From assembly GCA_031416315.1 (NCBI GenBank), contig JANOTL010000204.1, positions 1-38,404 of the forward strand: a DNA stretch of 38,404 nt, read 5' to 3'. Each line of letters opens with the position of its first letter. The stretch's first letter is position 1. A program made the translations under genes and the position numbers. Positions 1 to 11,319 of the stretch are shown here, one piece after another. Source of the stretch: Pseudomonadota bacterium (GTDB taxonomy: Bacteria > Bdellovibrionota_B > Oligoflexia > Oligoflexales > CAIYRB01). The notes beneath the pieces were generated by a model. The model saw only the letters and a list, made by a program, of their open reading frames with translations. It did not search any database and was not told the DNA's origin.

Positions 1-1
1 C

Positions 2-91
2 GCGCCCGACGACGACATCACGTTGCTGATCGCGCGGTTCCCGAAAGAGGCGTGCGCGAGCTTCGGGCAGAAACGCGACGAAGTCGCGTAA
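2..91 (+). CDS. 3' end of a probable SpoIIE/PP2C-family phosphatase (truncated by window start)
   Basis: Frame 2 reads APDDDITLLIARFPKEACASFGQKRDEVA*. DDITLL matches the terminal PP2C/SpoIIE motif. Stop TAA at 89-91. Confidence 0.6.
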   Translation, partial: APDDDITLLIARFPKEACASFGQKRDEVA

Positions 92-107
92 GAACCGTGC
101 AGAAGAG

Positions 108-2795
<2,688 letters not shown>

Positions 2796-2953
2796 GGGTT
2801 ACCTCAGCTTGAGTGCCCCGAATTTTAAGCTGGATGAGACCGCTTCGGCAAAGTGAATCGTCTTAGGATCTCGTTGTCGCCGGAACGCTGCAAGCTTTGG
2901 GCCTTGCGAAATCTCTTCTCACGTTTGAAGGCCCCGCGGCACGGTGCGCCAGT

Positions 2954-2969
2954 TGGAACGGCATTTGCT
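2954..2969 (+). promoter_or_regulatory. Putative sigma-54 (-24/-12) promoter
   Basis: TGGAACG-GCAT-TTGCT vs consensus TGGCACG-N4-TTGCW, with exact GG/GC spacing. Lies 38 nt before the ATG at 3008. Confidence 0.65.
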
Positions 2970-3007
2970 CTAGGGGTGGTCGTCGATAATTTTGGAGGAC
3001 ACCTACC

Positions 3008-3835
3008 ATGACCCACCGCTCTTTTGGATTCAGTGCGCTTCTCGCGCTCCCGCTTTTCGTCGGATGCGCCACCGTCAGCGACCAAGCTCCCGCCGAGCTG
3101 AAGGCCGCCGAGAAATCCCTCGACGCCGCGAAGGCCCACGACGTCGAAGATCTGATGCCGCGCGCCATGGAATCAGCGCAGCGCAAGTTCGACCTCGCGG
3201 TCGACAAGTCCGGCCCCGAGGCGATCACCCTCGCCAATGAGTCGAAGCAGATCTCTGACAGCGCCGTGACCCTGGTCAACGACATGCGCTCGATGGATGC
3301 CAACTCGGGCTCCTACGTCTCCGCATCGGCCCGCGGCGCCCGCACCGCCGAGCTCGAGGCAGCTCTCACTGCCGAGAAAGCCCGTACGGGCGAGCTCGAA
3401 GCCAAGCTCGGTCAGCTGACGACGGAGAACACGAACCTGGCCAACAAGCCAGCCGTCCAGGTCGAGAGCATCCCGGCCGACTTCCGCGTCGGCAAGGCCA
3501 TGGCCTACTTCGGCTCCGGCTCCACGGTCCTCGCGGCGAAATATCGCCCTGAGATCCGTGAGCTAGGCCAGCTGCTGAAGGCCAACAAGGACCTCGAAGT
3601 CACCCTCGAAGGCTTCGCCGACCCCCGCGGCTCGGCGGCTCTCAACCAGCGCTTGGCGGAAGCACGCCTCCAAGCGGTCGCGAAAGAGCTGAAGGCGCAA
3701 GGCGTCGAAGACTCCCGTGTCAAGCTCGTGACCGTCGGTGCGACGGCGGACAGTCAAGCGGCCAAGGGCGCACGCCAAGGCGAGCTCCAGCTGGACCGCA
3801 AAGTCACTGCGACCATCACGGCCGTCGGCCACTAA
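3008..3835 (+). CDS. OmpA-family lipoprotein (DUF4398-like helical N-terminus, coiled coil, OmpA-like peptidoglycan-binding domain)
   Basis: Lipobox FVGC; GFADPRGSAALNQRLAEARLQAV peptidoglycan-binding motif; GGAGG RBS. Confidence 0.85.
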   Translation: MTHRSFGFSALLALPLFVGCATVSDQAPAELKAAEKSLDAAKAHDVEDLMPRAMESAQRKFDLAVDKSGPEAITLANESKQISDSAVTLVNDMRSMDANSGSYVSASARGARTAELEAALTAEKARTGELEAKLGQLTTENTNLANKPAVQVESIPADFRVGKAMAYFGSGSTVLAAKYRPEIRELGQLLKANKDLEVTLEGFADPRGSAALNQRLAEARLQAVAKELKAQGVEDSRVKLVTVGATADSQAAKGARQGELQLDRKVTATITAVGH

Positions 3836-3863
3836 TTAAACCGGAAACAAGGAAGGACACACC

Positions 3864-4532
3864 ATGAAACTCGTTTCGACCCTCGTCGGCCTCGCGGCCC
3901 TCGTTCTCGGCGCCTCCGCCCAAGCCCAAGACGTCTCGTCCGTGAAGAGCGAAAGCAACCCCCCGCTGAGGCGCGTCAGCGTCGAAGTCCGCCCGCTCGA
4001 GTCCCTGATCTCGGCGACCCCTGGCATCGCTTCCGGCGGCCTTTCGATCGAGACCTACCTCGGTCACAACTTCGGCCTGCGCATCGGCGGCTCCTACGCC
4101 GACGTGAACCTGCCCGACCGCATCGTCAACACGGCGAACGAAGAGCGTGACACGCCGGTCGTCGAAAAAGGCTACGGCCACACCGCCGGCGCCGGTCTTC
4201 GCTACTACGACAATCCGATCGGCGACTCGCTCTACGCGGGCGGCGACATCGACTACAGCATGCTGAAGACGACCTGGAAGTTTAACGACGACCGCTTCGC
4301 CGTCGAGCGTTACGCAGTCGAGCCGTCGATCGTCGCCGGCTACCGCTGGGTCTGGCAAAACGGAGTCCTCGCCCGCATCGGCGCTGGCGCCGGTCTGCCC
4401 CGCGCCGACTCGCAAACGGTCACCGCCGAGACGGACGGCCCGGATGCCGCCGAAGGACTCGACAAGATCAACGACGCGCTGGATACGCCGGTGCTCGCGA
4501 AGCTCGACTTCGGCTTCGGGATGATGTTCTAA
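3864..4532 (+). CDS. Predicted small outer-membrane beta-barrel protein (DUF3575-like)
   Basis: Signal peptide ending AQA; amphipathic strands (GAGLRYY, IVAGYRWVW); C-terminal LDFGFGMMF ends in Phe, a BAM-type signal. Confidence 0.7.
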   Translation: MKLVSTLVGLAALVLGASAQAQDVSSVKSESNPPLRRVSVEVRPLESLISATPGIASGGLSIETYLGHNFGLRIGGSYADVNLPDRIVNTANEERDTPVVEKGYGHTAGAGLRYYDNPIGDSLYAGGDIDYSMLKTTWKFNDDRFAVERYAVEPSIVAGYRWVWQNGVLARIGAGAGLPRADSQTVTAETDGPDAAEGLDKINDALDTPVLAKLDFGFGMMF

Positions 4533-4559
4533 GGAACATCACCTGCGAAGGGTGTCCTA

Positions 4560-4599
4560 AGACCCGCAAAGCGCAAGCTTTGCGGGTCTACCCTTTTTT
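4560..4599 (+). terminator. Intrinsic terminator of the OmpA/barrel operon
   Basis: Perfect 13-bp stem AGACCCGCAAAGC/GCTTTGCGGGTCT with a GCAA loop, followed by ACCC and T6. Confidence 0.7.
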
Positions 4600-4670
4600 G
4601 CGGCCGCCCCGCCGCGATAAATGTAAATCCCTCCTTGCCTCCGCAAGAATCTCTGGTCCATCCTTCCCAG

Positions 4671-5786
4671 ATGCTCCTCAAACTCACCATGCTCCTCGCT
4701 CTCCTCACCGCGACCTCGGCACACGCCCAAAACTGCGCGCCCCCGAAGTGGTTCAACTCGCAAGTCCTGAAGATCGGCGCGGGCGACTACGTCGGCTTCG
4801 GCAAATCCGAGAGCCTCGGCACCGCTCAAAAGCTCGCGCGCCGCGAGCTGGCCAACCAGCTCGTCCCGAAGCACGGCAAGGAGCTCCTCGCCCGGCCCGA
4901 CGTCAAGAAGACGGTGAACTACAAGACCTACCCCGTTGAGGAGGTGAAGGCGGCGCTGCCGGCCGCGGTCGCCTACGAGCTCGTCAGCGCCAAGGAGCTG
5001 AAGAAGGAGGTCGTCTGCGAGGTGCGCTACGTCGCACTGTCGCTCACGAAGGCCGCCGCGGCGCAGGACCTGAAGACGAAAGAGCTTCCCCAGCACATCA
5101 ACCTCGCCCTGGCGAACCGCATCGATGAGCTGGAAAAAAAGCGGATCGAGGCCGTCGACGAGACCGACCGCACCGAGGTGGCGCAGGTCGCCGTGCAGAG
5201 CGCCAAAGAGCTCGCAGGTCCCGAGCTCACCCTCCAACGCATGAAGAAGCTTTACGAAAGCCTGCCGCCAAACGACCTCGTGCAGAACGCCTTCCGCGAG
5301 CCCCTGCTCGCGCGCGCAACGAAGCTCACCAACGCGCTGAAGAAAGCGCGCGCGGCCACGGGCGCGGACAAAGCCGCCGCCGCATCGAACGCCGACGACG
5401 TCGCGCGGGAGGGCGAGAAGCTCCTGAATGCGATCCGCGACTATCGCGCCGGCGAGTTCATCTCCGCCTTCGAGCAGCTCCACGGGCTCGCACGGAACAG
5501 CGACCCTGCCGCGCAGTTCGTCACCGGCTTCATGATGATGGAGGCGCAGGGAACGAAGCGCTCGACCGTCGAGGCCTTCCAGTGGTTCAAACGCGCGGCC
5601 CTCGCGGGTCACGGGCCGGCGAAGATGATGCTCGGCATGTTCTACTTCAACGGGCTCGGCGTGAAGGTCAACCACACCGAGGCGTTCAAATGGTTCGCCG
5701 CGGCGCAGACGGACGGCTGGCAGTGCACGGCGCAGCTCACGAGCTGCAAAAAGGCGACGGCGGCCACTTCCCCAGAGGCTGAATAG
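4671..5786 (+). CDS. Secreted protein with LPP20-like N-terminal domain and C-terminal SEL1-like repeats
   Basis: Signal peptide ending AHA; PKW...YVGFGKS...A..LARRELANQL (LPP20-like); AAQFVTG...AFQWFKRAALAGHGPAKMMLGMFYFNGLGV...AFKWF (SEL1). Start position uncertain. Confidence 0.7.
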   Translation: MLLKLTMLLALLTATSAHAQNCAPPKWFNSQVLKIGAGDYVGFGKSESLGTAQKLARRELANQLVPKHGKELLARPDVKKTVNYKTYPVEEVKAALPAAVAYELVSAKELKKEVVCEVRYVALSLTKAAAAQDLKTKELPQHINLALANRIDELEKKRIEAVDETDRTEVAQVAVQSAKELAGPELTLQRMKKLYESLPPNDLVQNAFREPLLARATKLTNALKKARAATGADKAAAASNADDVAREGEKLLNAIRDYRAGEFISAFEQLHGLARNSDPAAQFVTGFMMMEAQGTKRSTVEAFQWFKRAALAGHGPAKMMLGMFYFNGLGVKVNHTEAFKWFAAAQTDGWQCTAQLTSCKKATAATSPEAE

Positions 5787-6011
5787 GCGCCTCGCGGTTA
5801 CGAGCCTACGCCCCGTGGCGACCATTCTCGGATTCTAGAAGCACGCCACGCGCTTTCTCGATAGCAGGAACGACCTCGCTTCGTTGAGCGTTGTCAAGAC
5901 GCGGCTGAAAACGCATTCTTGCGCCCGCGAGGCGACCACTGTCTCTCATAAAAGACGCGCTTTTCGCTAAGGAAACGACGAAACTACGGACGTTTTCGCC
6001 GTTTGGCGAAA

Positions 6012-6027
6012 GGGCACGACCTTTGCT
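6012..6027 (+). promoter_or_regulatory. Putative sigma-54 (-24/-12) promoter
   Basis: GGGCACG-ACCT-TTGCT matches the consensus except at the first base. Lies 52 nt before the ATG at 6080, with a long upstream intergenic region that could hold an enhancer. Confidence 0.7.
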
Positions 6028-6079
6028 CTCTGGACGCCAACGGACACCCGCCCCAAGCGGATCAAACGAAGGAGACCCC

Positions 6080-6475
6080 ATGAAAGTCGTTAGCGGAATT
6101 CTCAGTGCTGTGCTCGTCGCGAGTCTGGCCACCGGCTGCGACAAGCTCTCGTCCACCTCGACGCCGGCCACGACGACGACGGACACGGACCAGGCGAAGA
6201 AGGTCGAAGAGCTCGTCAACGCGCGCCTCGAGGCCGAGAAGGGCCGCGTCGCGATCGAGGAGAACACCCGTCTCAAGACCGAGAACGAGGCCCTGAAAGC
6301 CAAGGTCGAGGAGCTCGAGAAAGAGATCGCGGCGAACGCGGCGCGCACGTCAGCGAAAGTCGCGCAAGCGGCGAAGCCGGCCACCAAGAACCCGACGGCG
6401 ACGACGCCCCAATCTGAGCGCGCGAAGCAGCTCCAGGCGCTGAAAGAGCAGCTGCAAGGCGGCAGCCGCAAGTAA
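6080..6475 (+). CDS. Hypothetical coiled-coil lipoprotein
   Basis: AAGGAG RBS; lipobox ATGC; Thr-rich linker; heptad coiled coil ENTRLKTENEALKAKVEELEKEI. Confidence 0.75.
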   Translation: MKVVSGILSAVLVASLATGCDKLSSTSTPATTTTDTDQAKKVEELVNARLEAEKGRVAIEENTRLKTENEALKAKVEELEKEIAANAARTSAKVAQAAKPATKNPTATTPQSERAKQLQALKEQLQGGSRK

Positions 6476-6530
6476 TCTCCGACCTCGCACATTGTATCGT
6501 CCCACTGACACCCTGGAGGAAACGAACGCC

Positions 6531-7115
6531 ATGAAATACACCACCTCGAATCTGCGTCTTTTGGGCCTCGCCGGCGCCATCGCCCTCGGCTCCTTCGCCG
6601 CCTCCTGCGGCTCCGACGGCGACGGCGGTGGCTCGGCTCCCCCGCGCCGCGACGCGCCGGATGACGACGACGACGACGATGACGGCCTCTTCGCCCTCGA
6701 GAGCGGCACGTGGTTCGTCGACCGCGTCACCGACATTCAAGACGGCTGCAACAGCCAACCGCTCGAAGGCAACGACCCGATCACCTCGACGCCGTTCACC
6801 CTTTCGAACCCCGGCAATGGCAAGATCGTCATCGACCGCTGCTCGTACAACGGCAGCTCGATCCAAGGCGACGTCCTCGACAACAAAGGCGTCCTCGTCG
6901 TCCGCCATGCCGGCCGCAAGGAAGGAACGGGCGAGTTCCAGGCTCAGTGGGACCAGGACTGCCGCTTCGAGATCACGGTCACGGGCGACAACCAGATCCA
7001 AGGCCGGTTCACGGAGACCGAGACGAACCGTAACGACGTGATGCGCGCGCTGACGGTCGACGTCCCGCAGTGCTCGACGTCTTACAACGTCGAGATGTCG
7101 AAGCGGAAAGGCTGA
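6531..7115 (+). CDS. Hypothetical lipoprotein with poly-Asp linker and Cys-containing beta-rich domain
   Basis: GGAGG RBS; lipobox AASC; run of 8 Asp; four further Cys in the mature domain. Confidence 0.75.
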   Translation: MKYTTSNLRLLGLAGAIALGSFAASCGSDGDGGGSAPPRRDAPDDDDDDDDGLFALESGTWFVDRVTDIQDGCNSQPLEGNDPITSTPFTLSNPGNGKIVIDRCSYNGSSIQGDVLDNKGVLVVRHAGRKEGTGEFQAQWDQDCRFEITVTGDNQIQGRFTETETNRNDVMRALTVDVPQCSTSYNVEMSKRKG

Positions 7116-7144
7116 GCCTTTCGGCTCGTTCGGACCTATGAGAG

Positions 7145-7177
7145 AAGCCCCGGGCCTGCGCCCTGGGGCTTTTTTTT
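7145..7177 (+). terminator. Intrinsic terminator
   Basis: AAGCCCCGGG...CCCTGGGGCTT stem followed by T8, downstream of the two-lipoprotein operon. Confidence 0.85.
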
Positions 7178-7232
7178 GTGACAGACGACATTGGCGCTAA
7201 GATAGAGGCTCCCCCTTAGCTCAGGAGTCTCC

Positions 7233-7652
7233 ATGCGCCGCCTCTTGCTCGCACTGACATTCGTCTCGGTCTCGCTCCCCGCATTCGCCCAGGAGAAGGA
7301 CTGCGGCAACGACATCAAGACCCTGTGTAAGGACTCGACCGGCGCCGATGTCCTCACATGCATCGAGCAGCAGGAGAAGAATTTCTCCGACGTCTGCAAG
7401 AAGAAGATCGGGGCCGTGCGCTCGTCGTGGCCGGCGCTCGTCTCCGCGTGCAAGCCGGAGCTGACCAAGCTCTGCGGCGACAAGAAGGTCGGCGACGGCT
7501 CCCTCGGCAAATGCGTGCGCGAGAGCGAAGGCAAGCTCGGCACCGAGTGCAAGACATCTTACGCGCAGATGAAGCTGGACGCGGCGGCGCTGCCGGGTGG
7601 CGCCAAGCTGCCGGCCGGCATCCCCGGCATGGGCGGCAAGAAGAAGAAGTAG
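7233..7652 (+). CDS. Secreted cysteine-rich repeat protein (two GLG1/Cys-rich-like repeats)
   Basis: AGGAG RBS; signal peptide ending AFA; two repeats with four Cys each (CGNDIKTLC...C...C and CKPELTKLC...C...C). Confidence 0.75.
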   Translation: MRRLLLALTFVSVSLPAFAQEKDCGNDIKTLCKDSTGADVLTCIEQQEKNFSDVCKKKIGAVRSSWPALVSACKPELTKLCGDKKVGDGSLGKCVRESEGKLGTECKTSYAQMKLDAAALPGGAKLPAGIPGMGGKKKK

Positions 7653-7680
7653 AAAGCCCGCGAACGCGCGCGATTGGGTC

Positions 7681-8703
7681 TTAGAAGACGAGGTCGAGCG
7701 TACAGACCACCGGGTAGTGGTCTGAAGGCAGCCCGCGGCGGTCTTTCATGGAGCCGGGAAGCTGCACCTCGCCGCCGTCCTCAACGTAGCGGTACCGATG
7801 GACGTAGGACATCGGCTTGACGACGCGGGAATGGAGAGAGCCGGGGAGCAGAATGTAGTCGTACTGGCTCGCGTGCCCGCCTTTCCAATAATACGTGAGA
7901 TGGGTGATGCGATCGTGCGGCGGCAGCCCCACGATTTGCAGCACGTCCTCGTAGTCAGTCGCATCGTAGAGCCATTGCATGGCGGGCGAAGGGTCGCCGC
8001 GCGTGGCCGTGCAGTTGAGGTCGCCGGCGACGACGACGGGGGCGCCGCTTTCCGCGCGCGCTTCGACTAAGATCTCGGCCAAGGCGCGCGCTTCCCCGGC
8101 GCGGCGCGCGAAGCCTCCCGGGTCGAGGCCGTCCGCGTCGAAGCCGGATTTCAAGTGACAGAGCAGGATCACGAGGCTCGGGGTCGCAGAGCCCTCGCGA
8201 AAGAGCCGCAGCTCAGGAATGTCGCGGGACAGGCGGCGGCGATCCGGCTCGGGGACGCGCAGGGCTTCGGCGACCTCGACGGCGACGCGGCCGGCCTCGG
8301 GATCGACCTCGTGCGGGTAACGGAAATGTACGGGCCAGTCGCGATGCGAGCGGATCTCCGCGCGTAGGGGCAAGGCCTTCCGCACCAAAAAGGCGCTCTC
8401 GATCCCGCGGTTCGAGTTCCCGGCCTCGTAGTGGATCTCGTAGCGATCGTCCAAGAAGAGATGCACGAAATGCCGCAGCGACTGCAGGCCGCCGACCTCG
8501 TTCAGGAGCGCGACGTCGGGCGCCTCGCCTTCTAAAATCTGGGCGATCCAAAACAGCTTGAACAGCGGCTTGTTCGGCACTTCATCCGAAGTGAAGTATT
8601 GCCACTCCGGCTCCGTGAGTCGCCGGAGCTCCGCACGCGTCACCGGATAGTCGAGACGGATGAAGAAGTCTTGCAAGTTGAACTGAAGGAGCTTGAGTCG
8701 CAT
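7681..8703 (-). CDS. Endonuclease/exonuclease/phosphatase (EEP) family protein
   Basis: Motifs FN, LNEV, HLKS, GDLN, YDYIL and SDHYPV in the canonical order; no signal peptide. Confidence 0.9.
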   Translation of the reverse strand: MRLKLLQFNLQDFFIRLDYPVTRAELRRLTEPEWQYFTSDEVPNKPLFKLFWIAQILEGEAPDVALLNEVGGLQSLRHFVHLFLDDRYEIHYEAGNSNRGIESAFLVRKALPLRAEIRSHRDWPVHFRYPHEVDPEAGRVAVEVAEALRVPEPDRRRLSRDIPELRLFREGSATPSLVILLCHLKSGFDADGLDPGGFARRAGEARALAEILVEARAESGAPVVVAGDLNCTATRGDPSPAMQWLYDATDYEDVLQIVGLPPHDRITHLTYYWKGGHASQYDYILLPGSLHSRVVKPMSYVHRYRYVEDGGEVQLPGSMKDRRGLPSDHYPVVCTLDLVF

Positions 8704-8706
8704 TGA

Positions 8707-9459
8707 TTAGTCCCCGGACGAACGGGCGATGAGCTCTTCGATCCGGGAGATGAAGGCCACCATGCCGCCGACCTGCTTCTCAAGGCGCGGAAAAAAGCTC
8801 CGCATCTGGTTCCGCAGGTCGCCCAACCGCATGTCGATGTCCTGAAGCAAGCCGGCCTTGTCCGGGAGGCGCTTGATCAGGTCCTCGATCCCGCGCAGCG
8901 AGGCCTCGAGCTGGGTCGTGATCGTCTTGTGCGTCTCGGCGACCGCGGAGACTAGGGTCGCGCGCTCCGAGGGAGCCTCGCCGCTCTGGTTCAGCTGCGT
9001 CAGGATCTCCTGACTCGCCGAGAGCTCGGTCGCGAGCTTCGCCGTCGTCGTCCGCAGCTTTTTCGACAGCGCAAGCGCCATGCCCTGATAGATGCTGCGG
9101 CCGAACACGGGATCGCGCTCGACGAGGTCGGTGAGGTCGGCGTTCATGAACAAGATGAGCTTCGTCGCCTTCAGCTCGGCGCGGATCGTGGCCGAGGCCT
9201 TCGCCTTCTCGAGGAAGGACATCTCGCCGAAGGACTCGCCCGGCTTCAAGTGAAAGAGGAGGCGGTCGGGCTTGCTCGCATGCACGCCCGCCAAGCCCTC
9301 GCCGACGAGGTAGATGCCCGGGACGGGCTCGCCCTGCATCAGCACGAGGTCGCCCTTGTTTTTCTCGACGACGCGCGCGAGGGCGCCGAGCGCCTTCAAC
9401 GAAGCCTCGGGCACGAACTGAAAGATCGGGACAGCGGCCAGGGACAGCTTCACGGTCAT
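8707..9459 (-). CDS. Cyclic-nucleotide-binding (CAP-effector) domain protein with C-terminal coiled coil and no HTH
   Basis: KGDLVLMQGE...IYLVGEG...LKPGESFGEMSFL...SATIRA followed by about 110 aa of helical heptads. ATG at 9459 has a GAGG RBS. Confidence 0.85.
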   Translation of the reverse strand: MTVKLSLAAVPIFQFVPEASLKALGALARVVEKNKGDLVLMQGEPVPGIYLVGEGLAGVHASKPDRLLFHLKPGESFGEMSFLEKAKASATIRAELKATKLILFMNADLTDLVERDPVFGRSIYQGMALALSKKLRTTTAKLATELSASQEILTQLNQSGEAPSERATLVSAVAETHKTITTQLEASLRGIEDLIKRLPDKAGLLQDIDMRLGDLRNQMRSFFPRLEKQVGGMVAFISRIEELIARSSGD

Positions 9460-9549
9460 GAAGGCGGCCTCTTGGGACGGATCTACTTGAATCGTTTGCC
9501 TAAATTTTGCTACACGCAAGAAGATGGGTCAATACATTACAGTGCCGCC

Positions 9550-10770
9550 ATGGCGAAGCTGATCTCACGCCCCGAAGCCCGCGACGAGCGGCTCCGGAAT
9601 TTTCGGGCGCCGCCCCGCGGCACGCCGCTGACCTCGGCCGAGGCGCAGCGCTTGGCGACCGACGCGGCCTTGCGCGGCGTCGGCCGCGTCGCGCCGAATC
9701 CGCTCGTCGGCGCGGTCGTCGTCGATCGCGAGCACCGCTTTCTCGGCGCGGGCGGTCACGAAGCTTACGGCGGCCATCACGGCGAGGTTCAGGCGATGAT
9801 CGCCGCGGCCGGCGGCGAAGACTGGCGCGGCAAGCTCTCAGGCGCGACCGTCTACGTAACCCTGGAGCCTTGCGCGCACACAGGCCGCACGCCACCTTGC
9901 GCGCCGCGCCTCGTCGAGGCGGGGGTGGCCAAAGTCGTCTTTGCCGTGCTCGATCCGACGCCGAAGGTGAACGGGCGCGGCGCAGAGATCCTGCGCGCGG
10001 CCGGCGTCGAGGTGGTGCACGACCTCGAATGGGCCGAGGCGGGCGACGGCGAGGGCGTCGGCGAGGTCTTTCTCGGCAACGCGCGCCGAGGCCGGCCCTT
10101 CGTCGCCGTGAAGGCGGCGGCGAGCCTGGACGGCGCGATCGCGCGGCGCGGCGACCGCAGGCAATGGATCACTGGCGCACGGGCGAGGCAGTACGGGCAT
10201 TTTCTGCGTCTTTGGTATGACGCGGTCGTGGTCGGCCGCGGCACGGTCGCGGCGGACGATCCGACCCTGGACGCGCGCGACGCGCTCGTCCTCGGGCGCG
10301 TCCCTTGGCGCGTGGTGCTCGATCCTTCGCTGGCGAGCTACGCACCTGGACGCAAGATACTCGGGGTCGCGCCGGAGAAGGTGATTTGGGTCGGCGGCGC
10401 GGCGGCGTGGGCGACGGCGGCGGGTAAAAGGGCGCAAGGAGAGTTGGAGGGCGTTGGAGCGAAAGCGGTGAGCGTAGCCGCCGGCGCTTCGTCGCGCTTC
10501 GCCCCCCGCGTCTTGCTTTCGGCGCTGGCGTTGCACGGCATCACCAGCATCTTGCTTGAAGGCGGCGCCGGCACCTACGCCCCCTTCTTCGCCGAAGGCC
10601 TCGTCGACAAGCTGCACCTCATCCAAGCGCCCGTCCTCTTCGGCGACGCCGGCGCGATCCGCTTCACCGACGGCGCCGGCGCCCTCGCTCCGCGCCGCGC
10701 CCACCGCCTCGAGTGGACGCCGCTCGGCGAGGATCTGCTCGTCGAGGCGAGCTTCAAGGAGGAACCATGA
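9550..10770 (+). CDS. ribD: Bifunctional riboflavin biosynthesis deaminase/reductase
   Basis: PNPLVGAVVV, HGE, YVTLEPCAHTGRTPPC, KAAASLDG, WITG, DDPTLDAR and ILLEGG motifs. Confidence 0.93.
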   Translation: MAKLISRPEARDERLRNFRAPPRGTPLTSAEAQRLATDAALRGVGRVAPNPLVGAVVVDREHRFLGAGGHEAYGGHHGEVQAMIAAAGGEDWRGKLSGATVYVTLEPCAHTGRTPPCAPRLVEAGVAKVVFAVLDPTPKVNGRGAEILRAAGVEVVHDLEWAEAGDGEGVGEVFLGNARRGRPFVAVKAAASLDGAIARRGDRRQWITGARARQYGHFLRLWYDAVVVGRGTVAADDPTLDARDALVLGRVPWRVVLDPSLASYAPGRKILGVAPEKVIWVGGAAAWATAAGKRAQGELEGVGAKAVSVAAGASSRFAPRVLLSALALHGITSILLEGGAGTYAPFFAEGLVDKLHLIQAPVLFGDAGAIRFTDGAGALAPRRAHRLEWTPLGEDLLVEASFKEEP

Positions 10771-11213
10771 CAGAGACCACGACGAATCGGCCGAGCTTCC
10801 CCGAGATCTACCTGAAGCTGGCGCAAAGCCTGGCGAGCCGCTCGACGTGCGCGCGCTTGAAGGTCGGCACTGTGATCACATCCACGGATTTCCGCAAGGT
10901 GCTCGCGGTCGGCTACAACGGCAACGCCAGCGGTCTCGCGAACTGCTGCGATCGCGACGAGCAGGGAAACTGCGGGTGCCTGCATTCGGAGGAGAACGCG
11001 GTGATCAACTGCGACAGCCCCCGGCTGGTCGAGAAGTACGTGTTCGTGACGCATCTGCCTTGCACGATGTGCGCAAAGCGGCTGATCAACCTTGGGAACG
11101 TGAAGAAGGTGTTTTACGGGTTGGATTACCGGAGTCGGACGTCGATCGATCTGTTTGGGGCGGTGAAGATCGAGATCGAGAGACTGGCCTATCTCGATAC
11201 CCTGCTAGGATGA
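10767..11213 (+). CDS. dCMP deaminase / ComEB-like zinc deaminase
   Basis: RSTC..LKVG, GYNG, CLHSEENA and THLPCTMCAKRLIN. ATGA overlap with the ribD stop; AGGAGG RBS. Confidence 0.88.
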   Translation: MTETTTNRPSFPEIYLKLAQSLASRSTCARLKVGTVITSTDFRKVLAVGYNGNASGLANCCDRDEQGNCGCLHSEENAVINCDSPRLVEKYVFVTHLPCTMCAKRLINLGNVKKVFYGLDYRSRTSIDLFGAVKIEIERLAYLDTLLG

Positions 11214-11319
11214 GACCGCGGCAGGGCGTCGAGGATCGACCCGCGCAAGAATCTCGCGGGCGCTATTGACCGGACCAGAGCGTGTGCACCAGGAAGCATG
11301 CTTGCCTTGAACCCACTCC

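Noticed and set aside
5965..6030. c-di-GMP-I riboswitch
   Set aside because: The GGCAAA...GAAA...GACGCAAA architecture is absent. The region is better explained as a sigma-54 promoter.
6660..6683. GAC trinucleotide run as a phase-variable repeat
   Set aside because: It is an in-frame poly-Asp tract interrupted by GAT codons; slippage would not switch expression.
10767..11213. Anti-phage dCTP deaminase (Dcd/AvcD)
   Set aside because: It is only about 148 aa with no P-loop kinase-like domain, and it sits in a housekeeping context.
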